Assembly (NCBI GenBank): GCA_963809485.1
Contig: CAWEJX010000015.1
Location: 160,001-224,000, forward strand
Direction: 5' to 3'
DNA: 64,000 nucleotides
Source: an uncultured Acidobacteriota bacterium
GTDB taxonomy: Bacteria; Acidobacteriota; UBA6911
The notes under the pieces were generated by a model, which made no database searches, was not told the origin of the DNA, and was given only the letters and a program-made list of their open reading frames with translations. The position numbers and the translations under genes were made by a program. Of the stretch, positions 10,605 through 20,346 are shown piece by piece (the first letter of the stretch is position 1; the number at the start of each line of letters is the position of its first letter).

Positions 10605-11588
10605 TTGCATATGAGTCTTTCTATTTTGACAATTCTGATTTTTATTGTAACGCTGTTACTGACAATCAGCCTGTTCTATTTCCTTGTCATAGCCCCGGCC
10701 GAAAAAAGAAGACTGCGCCAGAGGATGGAGACTGTTAATTTTGAATTGGCGACAGCCGATTCTACAAATATTGAAACGCAATTGCTGCGCACCGAACTCC
10801 TCAGCGGAATCCCCTTTTTCCACCGAATGCTTCTCAACGTACCCTGGATGACGAAGCTGCAGCTTTTTGTTCAGCAGGCAGCGGTTGAAACCACAGTCGG
10901 AATGCTTTTGACGATCTCCTTCCTTTGCGGGTGGTTTGTTTTTCTCATTGTCTTGCTCCTTGCCGTACCGGCAGTCCTGGCCCTGATCCTTGGAATTGCC
11001 GCCTTCTGCGTGCCGTTTCTCGTAATTGCAGTTAAAAGACAAAAACGCTTTTTCAGGTTTGAAGAAATATTCCCTGATGCCATCGATCTTCTGGGCCGCG
11101 CAGTTCGCGCCGGGCACGCATTTACCACAGGTCTTGATCTCATCGCCAAGGAGATGCCTTCTCCGGTATCGGATGAATTCAGCCGCACATATACCGAACA
11201 GAATCTGGGCCTTCCTCTGCGGGACGCGCTTGAGAACTTGATGCGACGCATGCCGCTCCCCGATGTAAGGATTTTCGTCACGGCTTTGATGATTCAGAGA
11301 GACTCCGGCGGCAATCTCGCGGAGATTCTCGACAACCTGTCTCATGTTATACGAGAGCGTTTCAAACTTATGCGACAGGTCAGGGTCTACACAGCGCAAG
11401 GCCGTCTGTCTCTTTACCTTCTGTTAGCCATTCCCCCATTTATGGGAATTGCGATGTATTTCCTAAACCGGCAATATATCACGCTGCTTTTTACAGATCC
11501 GCTTGGACTTAGGTTTCTGACAGTCGGAATCATACTTCAGGTCATCGGTTATTTTGTTCTTCGCAAGGTTATACAGCCGAAAATTTAG
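10605..11588 (+). CDS. tadB: TadB (T2SS F family)
   Basis: 'FPDAIDLLGRAVRAGH', 'QRDSGGNLAEILD', 'TAQGRLS'. Confidence 0.95.
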   Translation: MHMSLSILTILIFIVTLLLTISLFYFLVIAPAEKRRLRQRMETVNFELATADSTNIETQLLRTELLSGIPFFHRMLLNVPWMTKLQLFVQQAAVETTVGMLLTISFLCGWFVFLIVLLLAVPAVLALILGIAAFCVPFLVIAVKRQKRFFRFEEIFPDAIDLLGRAVRAGHAFTTGLDLIAKEMPSPVSDEFSRTYTEQNLGLPLRDALENLMRRMPLPDVRIFVTALMIQRDSGGNLAEILDNLSHVIRERFKLMRQVRVYTAQGRLSLYLLLAIPPFMGIAMYFLNRQYITLLFTDPLGLRFLTVGIILQVIGYFVLRKVIQPKI

Positions 11589-11600
11589 GGGCTTGAAATC

Positions 11601-12518
11601 ATGGATATCAGGTGGATTTTTGCTCTCAGCGCAGTTTTTCTTTTCGCGGCGGTCTTTGTCTCGGGCTACGCCCTGCTGATGACCCGGCCCAATGTCGAAG
11701 AGCGTCTTCGTGGAACCCCGCATGTCAAAAAGCGCTTCGATTTGATGAACCTGGTAAGGCATTCGGAAAAAGTCCTGAAGCCCCTGGGGGAAATGCTGCC
11801 GAGATCACCCGAAGAGATGACGCGGCAGGAAAGGAGACTTACATCTGCCGGCATCCGAAGAAGGGATGGTCCATATATTCTATACGGCGTCAAGATAGCG
11901 CTTGTTGTGGTGCTCTTCATCCTTTTCACCGCGGCCTTGCCGATCCGGCTAAATGTAATGCTTTCGATTGCGCTGGCAATTCTTTTCGGGGCGCTTATCC
12001 CTGACCTGATTTTGTCGCGCCTCATCAAGAATAGAAAGGACAGCCTGCAGCGAGCCCTGCCGGATGCCTTGGATCTGGCAGTCGTCTCCGTGGAAGCGGG
12101 ATTAGGCCTGGACCAATCGCTGGTTAGAATCGGGCAGGAACTTAGGAACGTTTACCCATCTTTGAGCGACGAGTTGAACCTGTACAGTCTGGAAGTCAAT
12201 GCCGGGAGGAAGCGAGCGGAAGCCCTGCGAAACCTGGGGCAACGAACGGATGTGGATGACCTAAAATCATTTGTGACCGTCCTTATTCAAACGGACCGCT
12301 TCGGCACCAGTGTGGCGCAATCTCTCAGGGTTTTTGCCGACAGCATGCGTACTAAACGGAGACAACGCGCGGAAGAGCATGCTGCTAAGATGAGCATCAA
12401 GATGATTCCACCGCTGGTTTTCTTCATTTTCCCCGCCATATTCATTGTGGTGCTGGGCCCAGCGGTGATATCGATTATCCGGAATCTGCTTCCCAATCTT
12501 GGCGGCGGAGCGCCCTAA
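11601..12518 (+). CDS. tadC: TadC (T2SS F family)
   Basis: 'LPDALDL...VEAGLGLDQ', 'RFGTSVAQSLR', 'RRQRAEE.AAK'. Confidence 0.95.
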   Translation: MDIRWIFALSAVFLFAAVFVSGYALLMTRPNVEERLRGTPHVKKRFDLMNLVRHSEKVLKPLGEMLPRSPEEMTRQERRLTSAGIRRRDGPYILYGVKIALVVVLFILFTAALPIRLNVMLSIALAILFGALIPDLILSRLIKNRKDSLQRALPDALDLAVVSVEAGLGLDQSLVRIGQELRNVYPSLSDELNLYSLEVNAGRKRAEALRNLGQRTDVDDLKSFVTVLIQTDRFGTSVAQSLRVFADSMRTKRRQRAEEHAAKMSIKMIPPLVFFIFPAIFIVVLGPAVISIIRNLLPNLGGGAP

Positions 12519-12534
12519 CCAAAGGAGTGTGTTC

Positions 12535-12627
12535 ATGAATACAGTTCAGATTATTTCGGCAATCCTTGCGGTCATCGTTCTGGTGATTCTCATTCAACGC
12601 CTTCGCTCGCGGCGCACAAAACCTTAA
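12535..12627 (+). CDS. 30-aa single-pass membrane peptide (MNTVQIISAILAVIVLVILIQRLRSRRTKP)
   Basis: AAGGAG RBS upstream of the ATG; fills the tadC-DUF192 gap; hydrophobic helix with a basic tail. Below the ORF-track cutoff, translated by hand. Confidence 0.65.
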   Translation: MNTVQIISAILAVIVLVILIQRLRSRRTKP

Positions 12628-12634
12628 ATCAAGC

Positions 12635-13024
12635 GTGCAGCGAGAATATTACTCGGTTCTGAACAAGACTAAGGGGAGTCGGATAGCTTCAAAGACCGAA
12701 GCGGCAGATTCCGCATTTGGGCGCATAAAGGGCCTTATCGGCCGGTTGCCTGAACAGTTTCCCCAGGGCAGGGGAATTTGGATTTTGCCCTGCAACGGGA
12801 TCCATACGTTCGGAATGCGGTTTCCTATAGACGTGGCCTATTTGGACTCCCGGAAACGTGTGGTACTCATTTATCACGCGCTGGTTCCCTATCGAATTGC
12901 CCGCCTGATGTTTAAGGCAAAAAGCGTTCTTGAGCTTCCGGCAGGAACCCTCGAATCCACGCATACTCAGCTAGGGGATGAGCTGGAATTCCGCTTGGTG
13001 CCAAGTGAAGAAAGTACAATGTAA
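12635..13024 (+). CDS. DUF192 family protein
   Basis: 'GRIKGLIG', 'PCNGIHTFGMRFPIDV', 'SVLELPAG'. Confidence 0.9.
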   Translation: MQREYYSVLNKTKGSRIASKTEAADSAFGRIKGLIGRLPEQFPQGRGIWILPCNGIHTFGMRFPIDVAYLDSRKRVVLIYHALVPYRIARLMFKAKSVLELPAGTLESTHTQLGDELEFRLVPSEESTM

Positions 13025-13314
13025 TGTATATACATATTCAATGGATCGATCTCCTGCTAACATTAGCGGTGGCTGTCGTTTGCGGGTTCCTGGGCCTGGT
13101 AACCAGCAAGCACTACCGAGGAGCATGGTTCGTAAATATAGGCGTTGGATTTCTGGGAGCATTGGCAGGATTTGCTGTTTCCCGCTCATTTCCGGTTCCC
13201 AATGTTTATATACTGGAGATCGGCATCCACCGCTATCCCATTACCTGGGCAGTCATCGGTTCGGTTTTATTCGTAGCGGCACTGGGATTTTTTATAAAGC
13301 CTTCCCGGCATTAA
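13024..13314 (+). CDS. GlsB/YeaQ/YmgE (transglycosylase-associated) small membrane protein
   Basis: Three TMs, 'NIGVGFLGALAG', 'WAVIGSVLFV'; TAATG coupling to DUF192. Confidence 0.75.
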   Translation: MYIHIQWIDLLLTLAVAVVCGFLGLVTSKHYRGAWFVNIGVGFLGALAGFAVSRSFPVPNVYILEIGIHRYPITWAVIGSVLFVAALGFFIKPSRH

Positions 13315-13380
13315 ATCAAAAGAGCGACAGGCAGATAAAAGCTTTCCTTGGCATTGGATATTTGAGAAAGAAGCCCAAAA

Positions 13381-14661
13381 ATGCAACAGCTTACGCAAAA
13401 CGGCAAACAAGCGGCAGTGTTTGATGAGCAGACTCTTTCCCCGATCATGCCGGAATTGCCGGAAGAAACCGGGCTGGATTTTGCTTTCCTCGCCGACCTT
13501 GCACTTAAGGCTGTTGCTTCCGACACGAACTGCACTTCGGAACGAATGGCGGATAAACTCAAGCTTCCGATGGGCATTTCCGAGTCCGTTCTTCAGTATT
13601 TGTATCGCGAGAAATATATCGACATCCTGGAACGATCCGGAGTCCAAAGGAATAAATATGCCATGCTGGATCGTGGATGGGAAAAAGCTCAGCGGCTATT
13701 GAGCGTCTGCGGCTATGTCGGCGCTGCGCCTGTTAACCTCGATACCTACTCTGCCGGCGTCCGGTGGATGCATAAAAATACTGCGAAGGCCGATCCTGCA
13801 AATGTCGCGAAAGCCTACGCGGAGCTTGTCCTTTCTGATCGCGAACTGCAAACACTTGGTCTGATAGCGGATTCACGCCGAAGCTTGTTCCTGACCGGCC
13901 CTACCGGCTGCGGGAAGACGACGGCAGCCAAAGCACTCCATGCAGCGCTTGAAGGAGATATTTGGGTTCCCTATGCTATCGAAGTAGATAACCACGTGAT
14001 CCGGGTATGCGATCTGCACGTTCATCATGCCGTGGATCAGCCCGATGGGCGCTATGACAGGCGGTGGGTCAAGGTAAAACGGCCACTGGTTATAGTGGGC
14101 GGTGAGATGTCTATAGAATCGATGGATTTGATTTTCGCTGCCAACGTTAATTACTATGATGCCCCGTTCCAGGTTAAGGCAAATGGCGGCGTTTTGATCA
14201 TTGATGATTTTGGCCGGCAGCGGATGGAACCTCACGATCTGCTGAACCGATGGATTGTTCCGCTCGAAAACCACGTGGATTATTTAACGTTGCATACCGG
14301 CAAAAAGATTGAAGTGCCGTTCGAGCAGTTGCTGGTTTTTGCCACAAACCTGAATCCAAAGGATCTTGTGGATGAAGCATTTTTAAGACGCATGGGTTAC
14401 AGGCTGGCGTTTACGACACCCACTGCTGAAATCTATTCGCTGATCCTTCAGCGCTACATGGCAGCGCGCGGACTTAATTACAGGCCGGACCTGCTTTTCC
14501 TGCTCCTGGCGCGCTATGAACGCGAGAGCCGGACGATGAAAGCTTGCGAACCCAGGGATCTTATCGAGAGATGCCTGGATATCTGCAGATATGAAAACCG
14601 TCCCAGAGAAATCACCCCCGAAATCCTAGGCCGCGCCTGGGACAATTACTTCGGCGTTTAA
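13381..14661 (+). CDS. AAA+ ATPase of unknown function with an N-terminal winged-helix-like region
   Basis: Walker A 'GPTGCGKT', Walker B 'VLIIDDFGRQ', sensor 'VFATN', 'DEAFLRR'. Confidence 0.85.
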   Translation: MQQLTQNGKQAAVFDEQTLSPIMPELPEETGLDFAFLADLALKAVASDTNCTSERMADKLKLPMGISESVLQYLYREKYIDILERSGVQRNKYAMLDRGWEKAQRLLSVCGYVGAAPVNLDTYSAGVRWMHKNTAKADPANVAKAYAELVLSDRELQTLGLIADSRRSLFLTGPTGCGKTTAAKALHAALEGDIWVPYAIEVDNHVIRVCDLHVHHAVDQPDGRYDRRWVKVKRPLVIVGGEMSIESMDLIFAANVNYYDAPFQVKANGGVLIIDDFGRQRMEPHDLLNRWIVPLENHVDYLTLHTGKKIEVPFEQLLVFATNLNPKDLVDEAFLRRMGYRLAFTTPTAEIYSLILQRYMAARGLNYRPDLLFLLLARYERESRTMKACEPRDLIERCLDICRYENRPREITPEILGRAWDNYFGV

Positions 14662-14749
14662 AAACAATTTCCACAATATAACCGCAGTTCGCAGCTTTCC
14701 TCGTGAGGGCGTCTCTCCATCACGGTCCTCATCCGGAATCATGCTCATT

Positions 14750-14878
14750 TTATTTGCGGGTATTGGCCTCTATCTGCTCCAGAATTTTCTGGAGTCTATT
14801 GGTCTTGCGAATGTAGATTATGGGGAAGTATATGGAAAGGCACGCGATAATGATCACGCAGGCAAACAGAATTTGCAT
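14750..14878 (-). CDS. 42-aa membrane peptide (MQILFACVIIIACLSIYFPIIYIRKTNRLQKILEQIEANTRK)
   Basis: Strong GGAGGAGG RBS just upstream of the ATG at 14878; TM plus short coiled tail. Confidence 0.65.
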   Translation of the reverse strand: MQILFACVIIIACLSIYFPIIYIRKTNRLQKILEQIEANTRK

Positions 14879-14960
14879 GGAATCCTCCTCCCAAAAAATA
14901 GATTTCGACATCATCATACACAAATACAGCCAGGAATCAATATCAGCCCAAGCCAAGTTG

Positions 14961-15060
14961 TTTAACGCTGACATACGCTGACGCTGGCTGACGAACGCTG
15001 AAAAAATACATATTTTTTGTCAGCGTATGTCAGCTTATGTCCGCGTGTGTCAGCGTTAAA
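14961..15060. repeat. 100-bp palindromic element built from 10-nt ACGCTGACNN units
   Basis: Ends tttaacgctgaca / tgtcagcgttaaa form a perfect 13-bp inverted repeat. Related copies at ~25050-25228 and 61485-61530. Confidence 0.8.
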
Positions 15061-15066
15061 AGTGGG

Positions 15067-17178
15067 TTAGCTGGCTTCCTGGGCGAAGCTGAAGTTCAGG
15101 ACGTTGCTTTCGAAGGCCATCAGCCAGGGGAGTTGGCCGGATAAGAGGACCTCAATTGCTGCGGGTTCCATCGGTTTGGCAAAGTAATACCCTTGCCCGT
15201 ATTCACACTTGAGCGTCTGAAGCATGCGCAGCTGTACCAGGTTCTCGATGCCTTCGGCGATGATTTCCATCTGCATGCTCTTGCCCAGTCCCACAATCGC
15301 CTGCGTGATCTTCCAGGTCTCGTCATTCAGTCCCAGGTTGCCGACGAAGGACTTGTCGATTTTCAGGCTGTCAATCGGAAACCGGTGCAGGTAGCTCAAC
15401 GACGAGTAGCCCGTGCCGAAGTCATCCATGTGCAGTTGAATATCCATCGCCTGGATCTGTGCAAGCGTCTTGGAAACGACTTCCGTGTTTTCCATCAATG
15501 CGCTTTCAATAATCTCCAGGCAAAGGCTGTTGGGCACAATTCCGGAACGCTCCAGGATTTTCTGCAGGTCCTTGACCAGCTCTTCACTCGCATAGTGCTG
15601 CGGACAAAGATTTACATTCAGCATTAGAGGATCTTTGTACATCTGCTGCCATTTGGCCATCTGCATGCAGGCTTCAAGCAGAACCCAGCGTTCGAGCGTA
15701 ATGAGAAGGCCTGTGGATTCGGCGACGTTCAGAAAATCCTTGGGATACGTCAATCCGCCCGGCCGCTGCCAGCGCAGCAGCGTTTCGACCCCCGCCATTC
15801 TCCCGGTCTTCAAATTCACAATCGGCTGATAGTGAAGCCTGAATTCCTTCTGGTCCAGCGCTTTGCGGAAATCCGTTTCCAATTTGAGCCGCGCAACCGC
15901 GCTGGCCCTCATGTTGCAATCAAAGATCTCAAACCGGCACCTGGACTCATTCTTTGCCCGGTGCAAGGCCGTATAGGCATCGCGTATCAAATCCTCCGCG
16001 CAGGCATATTCCCCATTGTTGAGCGTGATGCCGATATGAGCCGTCACATACACGGTCTGCCCTTCAAGCTGGAAGGCTTGATTCAGCGCATGCAGCAGAC
16101 GGGCAACCACGATGGTGGCCTGCCTGCCGTCTGCCACATCTTCCAGGAGCAGCACAAAATCGTCGTTTCCGAAATGCGCCACGGTGTCGTTCGAGGACAG
16201 GGTTGACTGAATCTTGCGCGCAATCTGGCACAGCAGCCGGTCCGCCGAAACGTGTCCCATGCTCGACGCAATCGCCTTCATTCCGTCGAGTTCCACTGCG
16301 GCAACGCCGAAAGCCGATCCCTTCGGCCGGGTGTGTTTCAGCGCCCGCTCCATCCGATCCAGCAGCAATACACGATTCGGCAGACCGGTCAGCGGATTGT
16401 ATACTTTACGATCGGTAATGTCGGTCTGCGATCCCGCAATCCGCGTGGCCTTGCCGTTTTCATCGCGCTGCGCAAGCCCCCGGCACAATACCCACCGGTA
16501 GGCTCCGTCGGCATCCGCGATACGGTATTCGCTCTCGAAATGGCTCGTCAGCCCCGCAATATGCTGGTTGATCCTCTTCTCCACCTGCTCCTTGTCGGCC
16601 GGGTGAATCCTGTTGAACCAATCCATGGGGGAACTGCCGATCTGGCCATCCGAATACCCGAGCATCGATTTCCATCGAGGCGAAAAATAGATCTCCTTGG
16701 CCTTCACATTCCAGTCCCAGAGCCCGTCATTGGCGCCCTGGATTGCCAGCGAATAGCGTTCTTCGCTCAAACGCAGCCTCTTTTCCATGCGGTGCTTGTA
16801 AAGTGCGATTTCTATGTGGCTGTGCAGTTCCCTTTCCTCAAACGGCTTGATCATGTAGCCGAAGGGTTCCGTAACCTTTGCACGCTCGAGCGTCTTTTCA
16901 TCAGCGCACGCCGTAAGGAAAATCACCGGGATGTCCAGGCAGGAATGTATGGCCTCAGCCGTCTGGACTCCGTCCATGTTCCCCTTCAGCATGATGTCCA
17001 TCAGCACCAGGTCCGGCCGGCCAGCTTTCACCTTTTCTATGGCATCAGCGCCTGTGGCTGCCGTGCCCACCACTTCATAGCCAAGGATTTTCAGGCTGTT
17101 CGCGAGGTCCAGCGCGACTATGGTCTCGTCCTCGACCACGAATATTCGGATTGGCGTTTTTTTCATCTGTTGGGTCAT
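15067..17178 (-). CDS. REC-PAS-GGDEF(degenerate)-EAL c-di-GMP phosphodiesterase
   Basis: Receiver 'VVEDE...DLVLMDI...KPF'; PAS 'GLWDWN...IHPAD'; GGDEF site reads 'GNDDF'; EAL motifs 'ETLLRW', 'DDFGTGYSSL', 'LKIDKSF', 'EGIE', 'GQGYYF'. Start placed at the ATG just after the kinase stop. Confidence 0.92.
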   Translation of the reverse strand: MTQQMKKTPIRIFVVEDETIVALDLANSLKILGYEVVGTAATGADAIEKVKAGRPDLVLMDIMLKGNMDGVQTAEAIHSCLDIPVIFLTACADEKTLERAKVTEPFGYMIKPFEERELHSHIEIALYKHRMEKRLRLSEERYSLAIQGANDGLWDWNVKAKEIYFSPRWKSMLGYSDGQIGSSPMDWFNRIHPADKEQVEKRINQHIAGLTSHFESEYRIADADGAYRWVLCRGLAQRDENGKATRIAGSQTDITDRKVYNPLTGLPNRVLLLDRMERALKHTRPKGSAFGVAAVELDGMKAIASSMGHVSADRLLCQIARKIQSTLSSNDTVAHFGNDDFVLLLEDVADGRQATIVVARLLHALNQAFQLEGQTVYVTAHIGITLNNGEYACAEDLIRDAYTALHRAKNESRCRFEIFDCNMRASAVARLKLETDFRKALDQKEFRLHYQPIVNLKTGRMAGVETLLRWQRPGGLTYPKDFLNVAESTGLLITLERWVLLEACMQMAKWQQMYKDPLMLNVNLCPQHYASEELVKDLQKILERSGIVPNSLCLEIIESALMENTEVVSKTLAQIQAMDIQLHMDDFGTGYSSLSYLHRFPIDSLKIDKSFVGNLGLNDETWKITQAIVGLGKSMQMEIIAEGIENLVQLRMLQTLKCEYGQGYYFAKPMEPAAIEVLLSGQLPWLMAFESNVLNFSFAQEAS

Positions 17179-17186
17179 GGAAACAC

Positions 17187-20120
17187 TCAATTTTTGGCGT
17201 CCGGGATGCCGATTTCGCAAATAAAGCCGTTCTGGTTGCGGTACCGGATCGTTCCGCCCAACTGCTCGGTCAGGCTGCGAACCAGTTTTAGGCCGAGAGA
17301 ATCGCTTGCTTCGGGATCCCCTCCTTCCAAAAATCCGACACCGCTGTCACGGACTACAAGTTTCAGCCCCTGACCGTCTACGGCGCCAAACTGAACCTTG
17401 ATTTCCCCACCCTCTCCTTCGGGAAACGCATACTTAAATGCGTTGGAAACCAGTTCATTGATGATCAGTCCGCATGGGATAGCAACATCGAGGTTCATCG
17501 GTACCGGATCCACCTCCAGGTTCAGGCGAACGGTGGCGGCATCCACCCGGTAGGAGCGCGACAGGTGGCCTGTCAGGCTGCGCACATATCCCGCAAAGTC
17601 TATCTTGGCAAGGTCGCTGGACTGGTACAGCCGCTCGTGAATCAAGGCCATCGCTTTGACCCGGTCCTGGCTTTCCCGGAATTTCTGGCTTGCCTTGGGA
17701 TCTTCAATTTCCGCACTCTGAAGATTCAGAAGGCTGGAGATGATTTGCAGGTTGTTCTTGACGCGGTGGTGTATCTCCTTGAGCAGAACTTCCTTTTCCT
17801 TCAGCGAAGACTTGATCTGCTCCTCCGCCTGCCTGGAGTCGGTAATATCGCGATATTGCCACAAATGATAGTGGGTTCCTTCATCCACCGAAAGCGGAAC
17901 ATAGTTGCGCAGAAATATCCGATTCTGCCATTCAATTTCCTCGCCCAACACCGGCGTTTTTGCTTTGATGATGCCCTCCATGCGCGAAGCAAACTGGGCG
18001 GTTTGGGCAAAGAGCAGGCGGGAATCGACACCGAAAAGCGCTTGCGGGGGCACGGGAATCTTAAATGTATCGGCGAAGGGCTGGTTCACATGCGTGATCC
18101 TGCGCGCTTCATCCTCAACCAGGACACCCGATTGCAGGTGGTTGATCAGGCTGGAGAGCATGGTCGTCGCCGTGCGCAGCCGATCCTCAGCCTGCTTTTG
18201 TTTTGTGATATCCTCCGCAATTCCCACAATTCTGTATACAGCTCCAGCTTCGTCGCGCACCGGGAAGGCCCGGTCATGGACCCATCGAATGGATCCATCG
18301 GGCCGCACCACCCTGTACTCTTCGTCGTATTCGCCCCAACCCTGTTTCACCAGGGCTTCGGAAACCCGCGTCTGATCCTCTTTGTGAATGGCGCGCAGCC
18401 ACGATCCGGGATCCCGTTGCAGGCTTGTGGTGCTCGCTCCCCAGATTTCCTCATATCCCGGGCTTACATACTGCTTAGTACGCCCGTCGGGCGACGAGAT
18501 CCAGAAAACGGCCTGAATATTTCCCGTGAGCTGCCGGAACTGCTGTTCCACGCGGACACTTGCGATCAGCGTTCCAAGGATCTGCCCAGCCATCTTCAGA
18601 CCATCCACTTCGGAATCCAGCCAGTCCCTGTCAATGAAGCACTGTTCCAGGCCCAGGCAACCCCACCATTGATGGTCCACAAACATGGGGATGATAACGC
18701 CCGAGCGTATGCCCAGGGTTTGCAGCATTTCCTGCCGTTTGCGCGGGCATTCACCGGTCTGGAAAAGATAGGGGTGCCCTGTCGACAATCCACTGGCGCT
18801 TTCTTCTATCATCTGTCCGCGCAGCAAATTCAGCATCCGCTGATCATTCTGATCCGTCGTAAGCCCAGGATTCGTCCATTCGTATAAGCAAGCATTTCCG
18901 ATCTGGCCGCCGAGCCGGTCGATGCGGTTGTCGATCAGAAATACGCGCGTCACTCCGGTGGCCTCACCCAGCTTTGCCGTTATTTCCCGGACACCGGCTT
19001 CCCAACCGGTCTTCCCGAGAAACTGCTGGGCAGCATGCCCTACTGCGTCGAGGATCGCGTCTCTGCGCTTCATCTGCCATTCGGTTCCCCTGGTCTGGGT
19101 GACACCCACCGCGATTCCATAGGCATTGAGTGAAGCGATGACAAGAATTCCCAGCAGAACTTGTGCCAAATCCAGCGCCAGATCCGCCCGGAGAAAGACG
19201 GCAATAGTGGTCCCCATTAACAGAGGCGCGGCCACCGACGCTCCTTCAATTCCGCGTCGAACAGAGGCCCAAACAAGAGGAGTGGAAAGAAGCACAAACA
19301 TCAAAAGCTTTTCGGATACGAATCCTTGAAAAATGAGATAAAGAGCCAGTATGGTCAGACAGACGAAAGAAAGCGCAAAAACGGTATCCTGCCTGTTCGC
19401 ACCGAGCGGCTGAAGGTTCCGGATCAGGGACTCTTTGTCAACCCTAATTCCGAATAATGCCGTCTCAAGCCGTGGAGCCAGATGAACCACCACAAGCGGA
19501 GTGAGCATGTAAATACCGGCTGCGAAGCCGACCGCGTGAATCCGCAACTGTTCCAGGAAGAGGCTCAGTTGGAATGGCTGGCCCATGATGGCATAGCCTG
19601 CCGAAGCCGCACCAAGCATCAGTGAGCCAAACGATCCGATAATCATGAACTTCGCCAGATCCCAACCGTTTTTCAGCGAGATTCGATGCCCGGAAGACAG
19701 ATGCCGGAGACCCGCTGCGGCGGAAATTTCCAGCAGCGCAACACCCAGGCAGCATAGCAATGCTATTGGAACCGGCAATTTTAGCGGGTGCAGCCAGAGG
19801 CCATCCGCTGCGATGGCAAGGACAACTGCAGGCGCATACCAGAGGCCATACGCCAGAAGCAACCCGAGGTTCAGGCCTGCCGTCAGGCTGAATTCGCCGA
19901 ACAAACCGTATATGCCCGTAGTCCGGACGCCCCATTCCAGGGCCATATATGCAAACAGATAAAATACGCAAGGCACGAGCGGGCGCAGGCTGTATCCGAA
20001 CCGCGGGACAAGGCTGAATTCGCCCCTCAGTTCTCCAGCTTCGACTTTTGTGGCTTCTTCCATAGGTATCCGAAGAAAACAGGTGTATTCCATTTTCTTA
20101 TCGGTCAGTCGGCCGTTCAA
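17187..20120 (-). CDS. Membrane (MASE1-like)-GAF-PAS-PAS HisKA_2 sensor histidine kinase
   Basis: Multi-TM N-terminus; 'LKEIHHRVKNNLQIISSLL', 'IINELVSNAFKYAF', 'DSGVG', 'SLGLKLV'. Confidence 0.92.
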   Translation of the reverse strand: MNGRLTDKKMEYTCFLRIPMEEATKVEAGELRGEFSLVPRFGYSLRPLVPCVFYLFAYMALEWGVRTTGIYGLFGEFSLTAGLNLGLLLAYGLWYAPAVVLAIAADGLWLHPLKLPVPIALLCCLGVALLEISAAAGLRHLSSGHRISLKNGWDLAKFMIIGSFGSLMLGAASAGYAIMGQPFQLSLFLEQLRIHAVGFAAGIYMLTPLVVVHLAPRLETALFGIRVDKESLIRNLQPLGANRQDTVFALSFVCLTILALYLIFQGFVSEKLLMFVLLSTPLVWASVRRGIEGASVAAPLLMGTTIAVFLRADLALDLAQVLLGILVIASLNAYGIAVGVTQTRGTEWQMKRRDAILDAVGHAAQQFLGKTGWEAGVREITAKLGEATGVTRVFLIDNRIDRLGGQIGNACLYEWTNPGLTTDQNDQRMLNLLRGQMIEESASGLSTGHPYLFQTGECPRKRQEMLQTLGIRSGVIIPMFVDHQWWGCLGLEQCFIDRDWLDSEVDGLKMAGQILGTLIASVRVEQQFRQLTGNIQAVFWISSPDGRTKQYVSPGYEEIWGASTTSLQRDPGSWLRAIHKEDQTRVSEALVKQGWGEYDEEYRVVRPDGSIRWVHDRAFPVRDEAGAVYRIVGIAEDITKQKQAEDRLRTATTMLSSLINHLQSGVLVEDEARRITHVNQPFADTFKIPVPPQALFGVDSRLLFAQTAQFASRMEGIIKAKTPVLGEEIEWQNRIFLRNYVPLSVDEGTHYHLWQYRDITDSRQAEEQIKSSLKEKEVLLKEIHHRVKNNLQIISSLLNLQSAEIEDPKASQKFRESQDRVKAMALIHERLYQSSDLAKIDFAGYVRSLTGHLSRSYRVDAATVRLNLEVDPVPMNLDVAIPCGLIINELVSNAFKYAFPEGEGGEIKVQFGAVDGQGLKLVVRDSGVGFLEGGDPEASDSLGLKLVRSLTEQLGGTIRYRNQNGFICEIGIPDAKN

Positions 20121-20346
20121 CTATAGTGTTTGGAATCACAAAGCCTGCTTTTATGCTTTTATGGGGAGAGCTGACCGCCGACCAGGAAAATAGAAATATT
20201 TATTCGGGGCTTACCGCAGTCTTACTCTCAGTAAAGCCTTATGTAGCCTTTTGGCGACAATGCTGTGAACCGATTAGAGGGCAGGCATTTAAAGCGGGAA
20301 TCCCCAAGCCTTTCAGCGGATGGACAATAACATCATGCTGTCGGCG

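Noticed and set aside
14961-15060. CRISPR array
   Set aside because: 10-nt units without unique spacers, and no cas genes.
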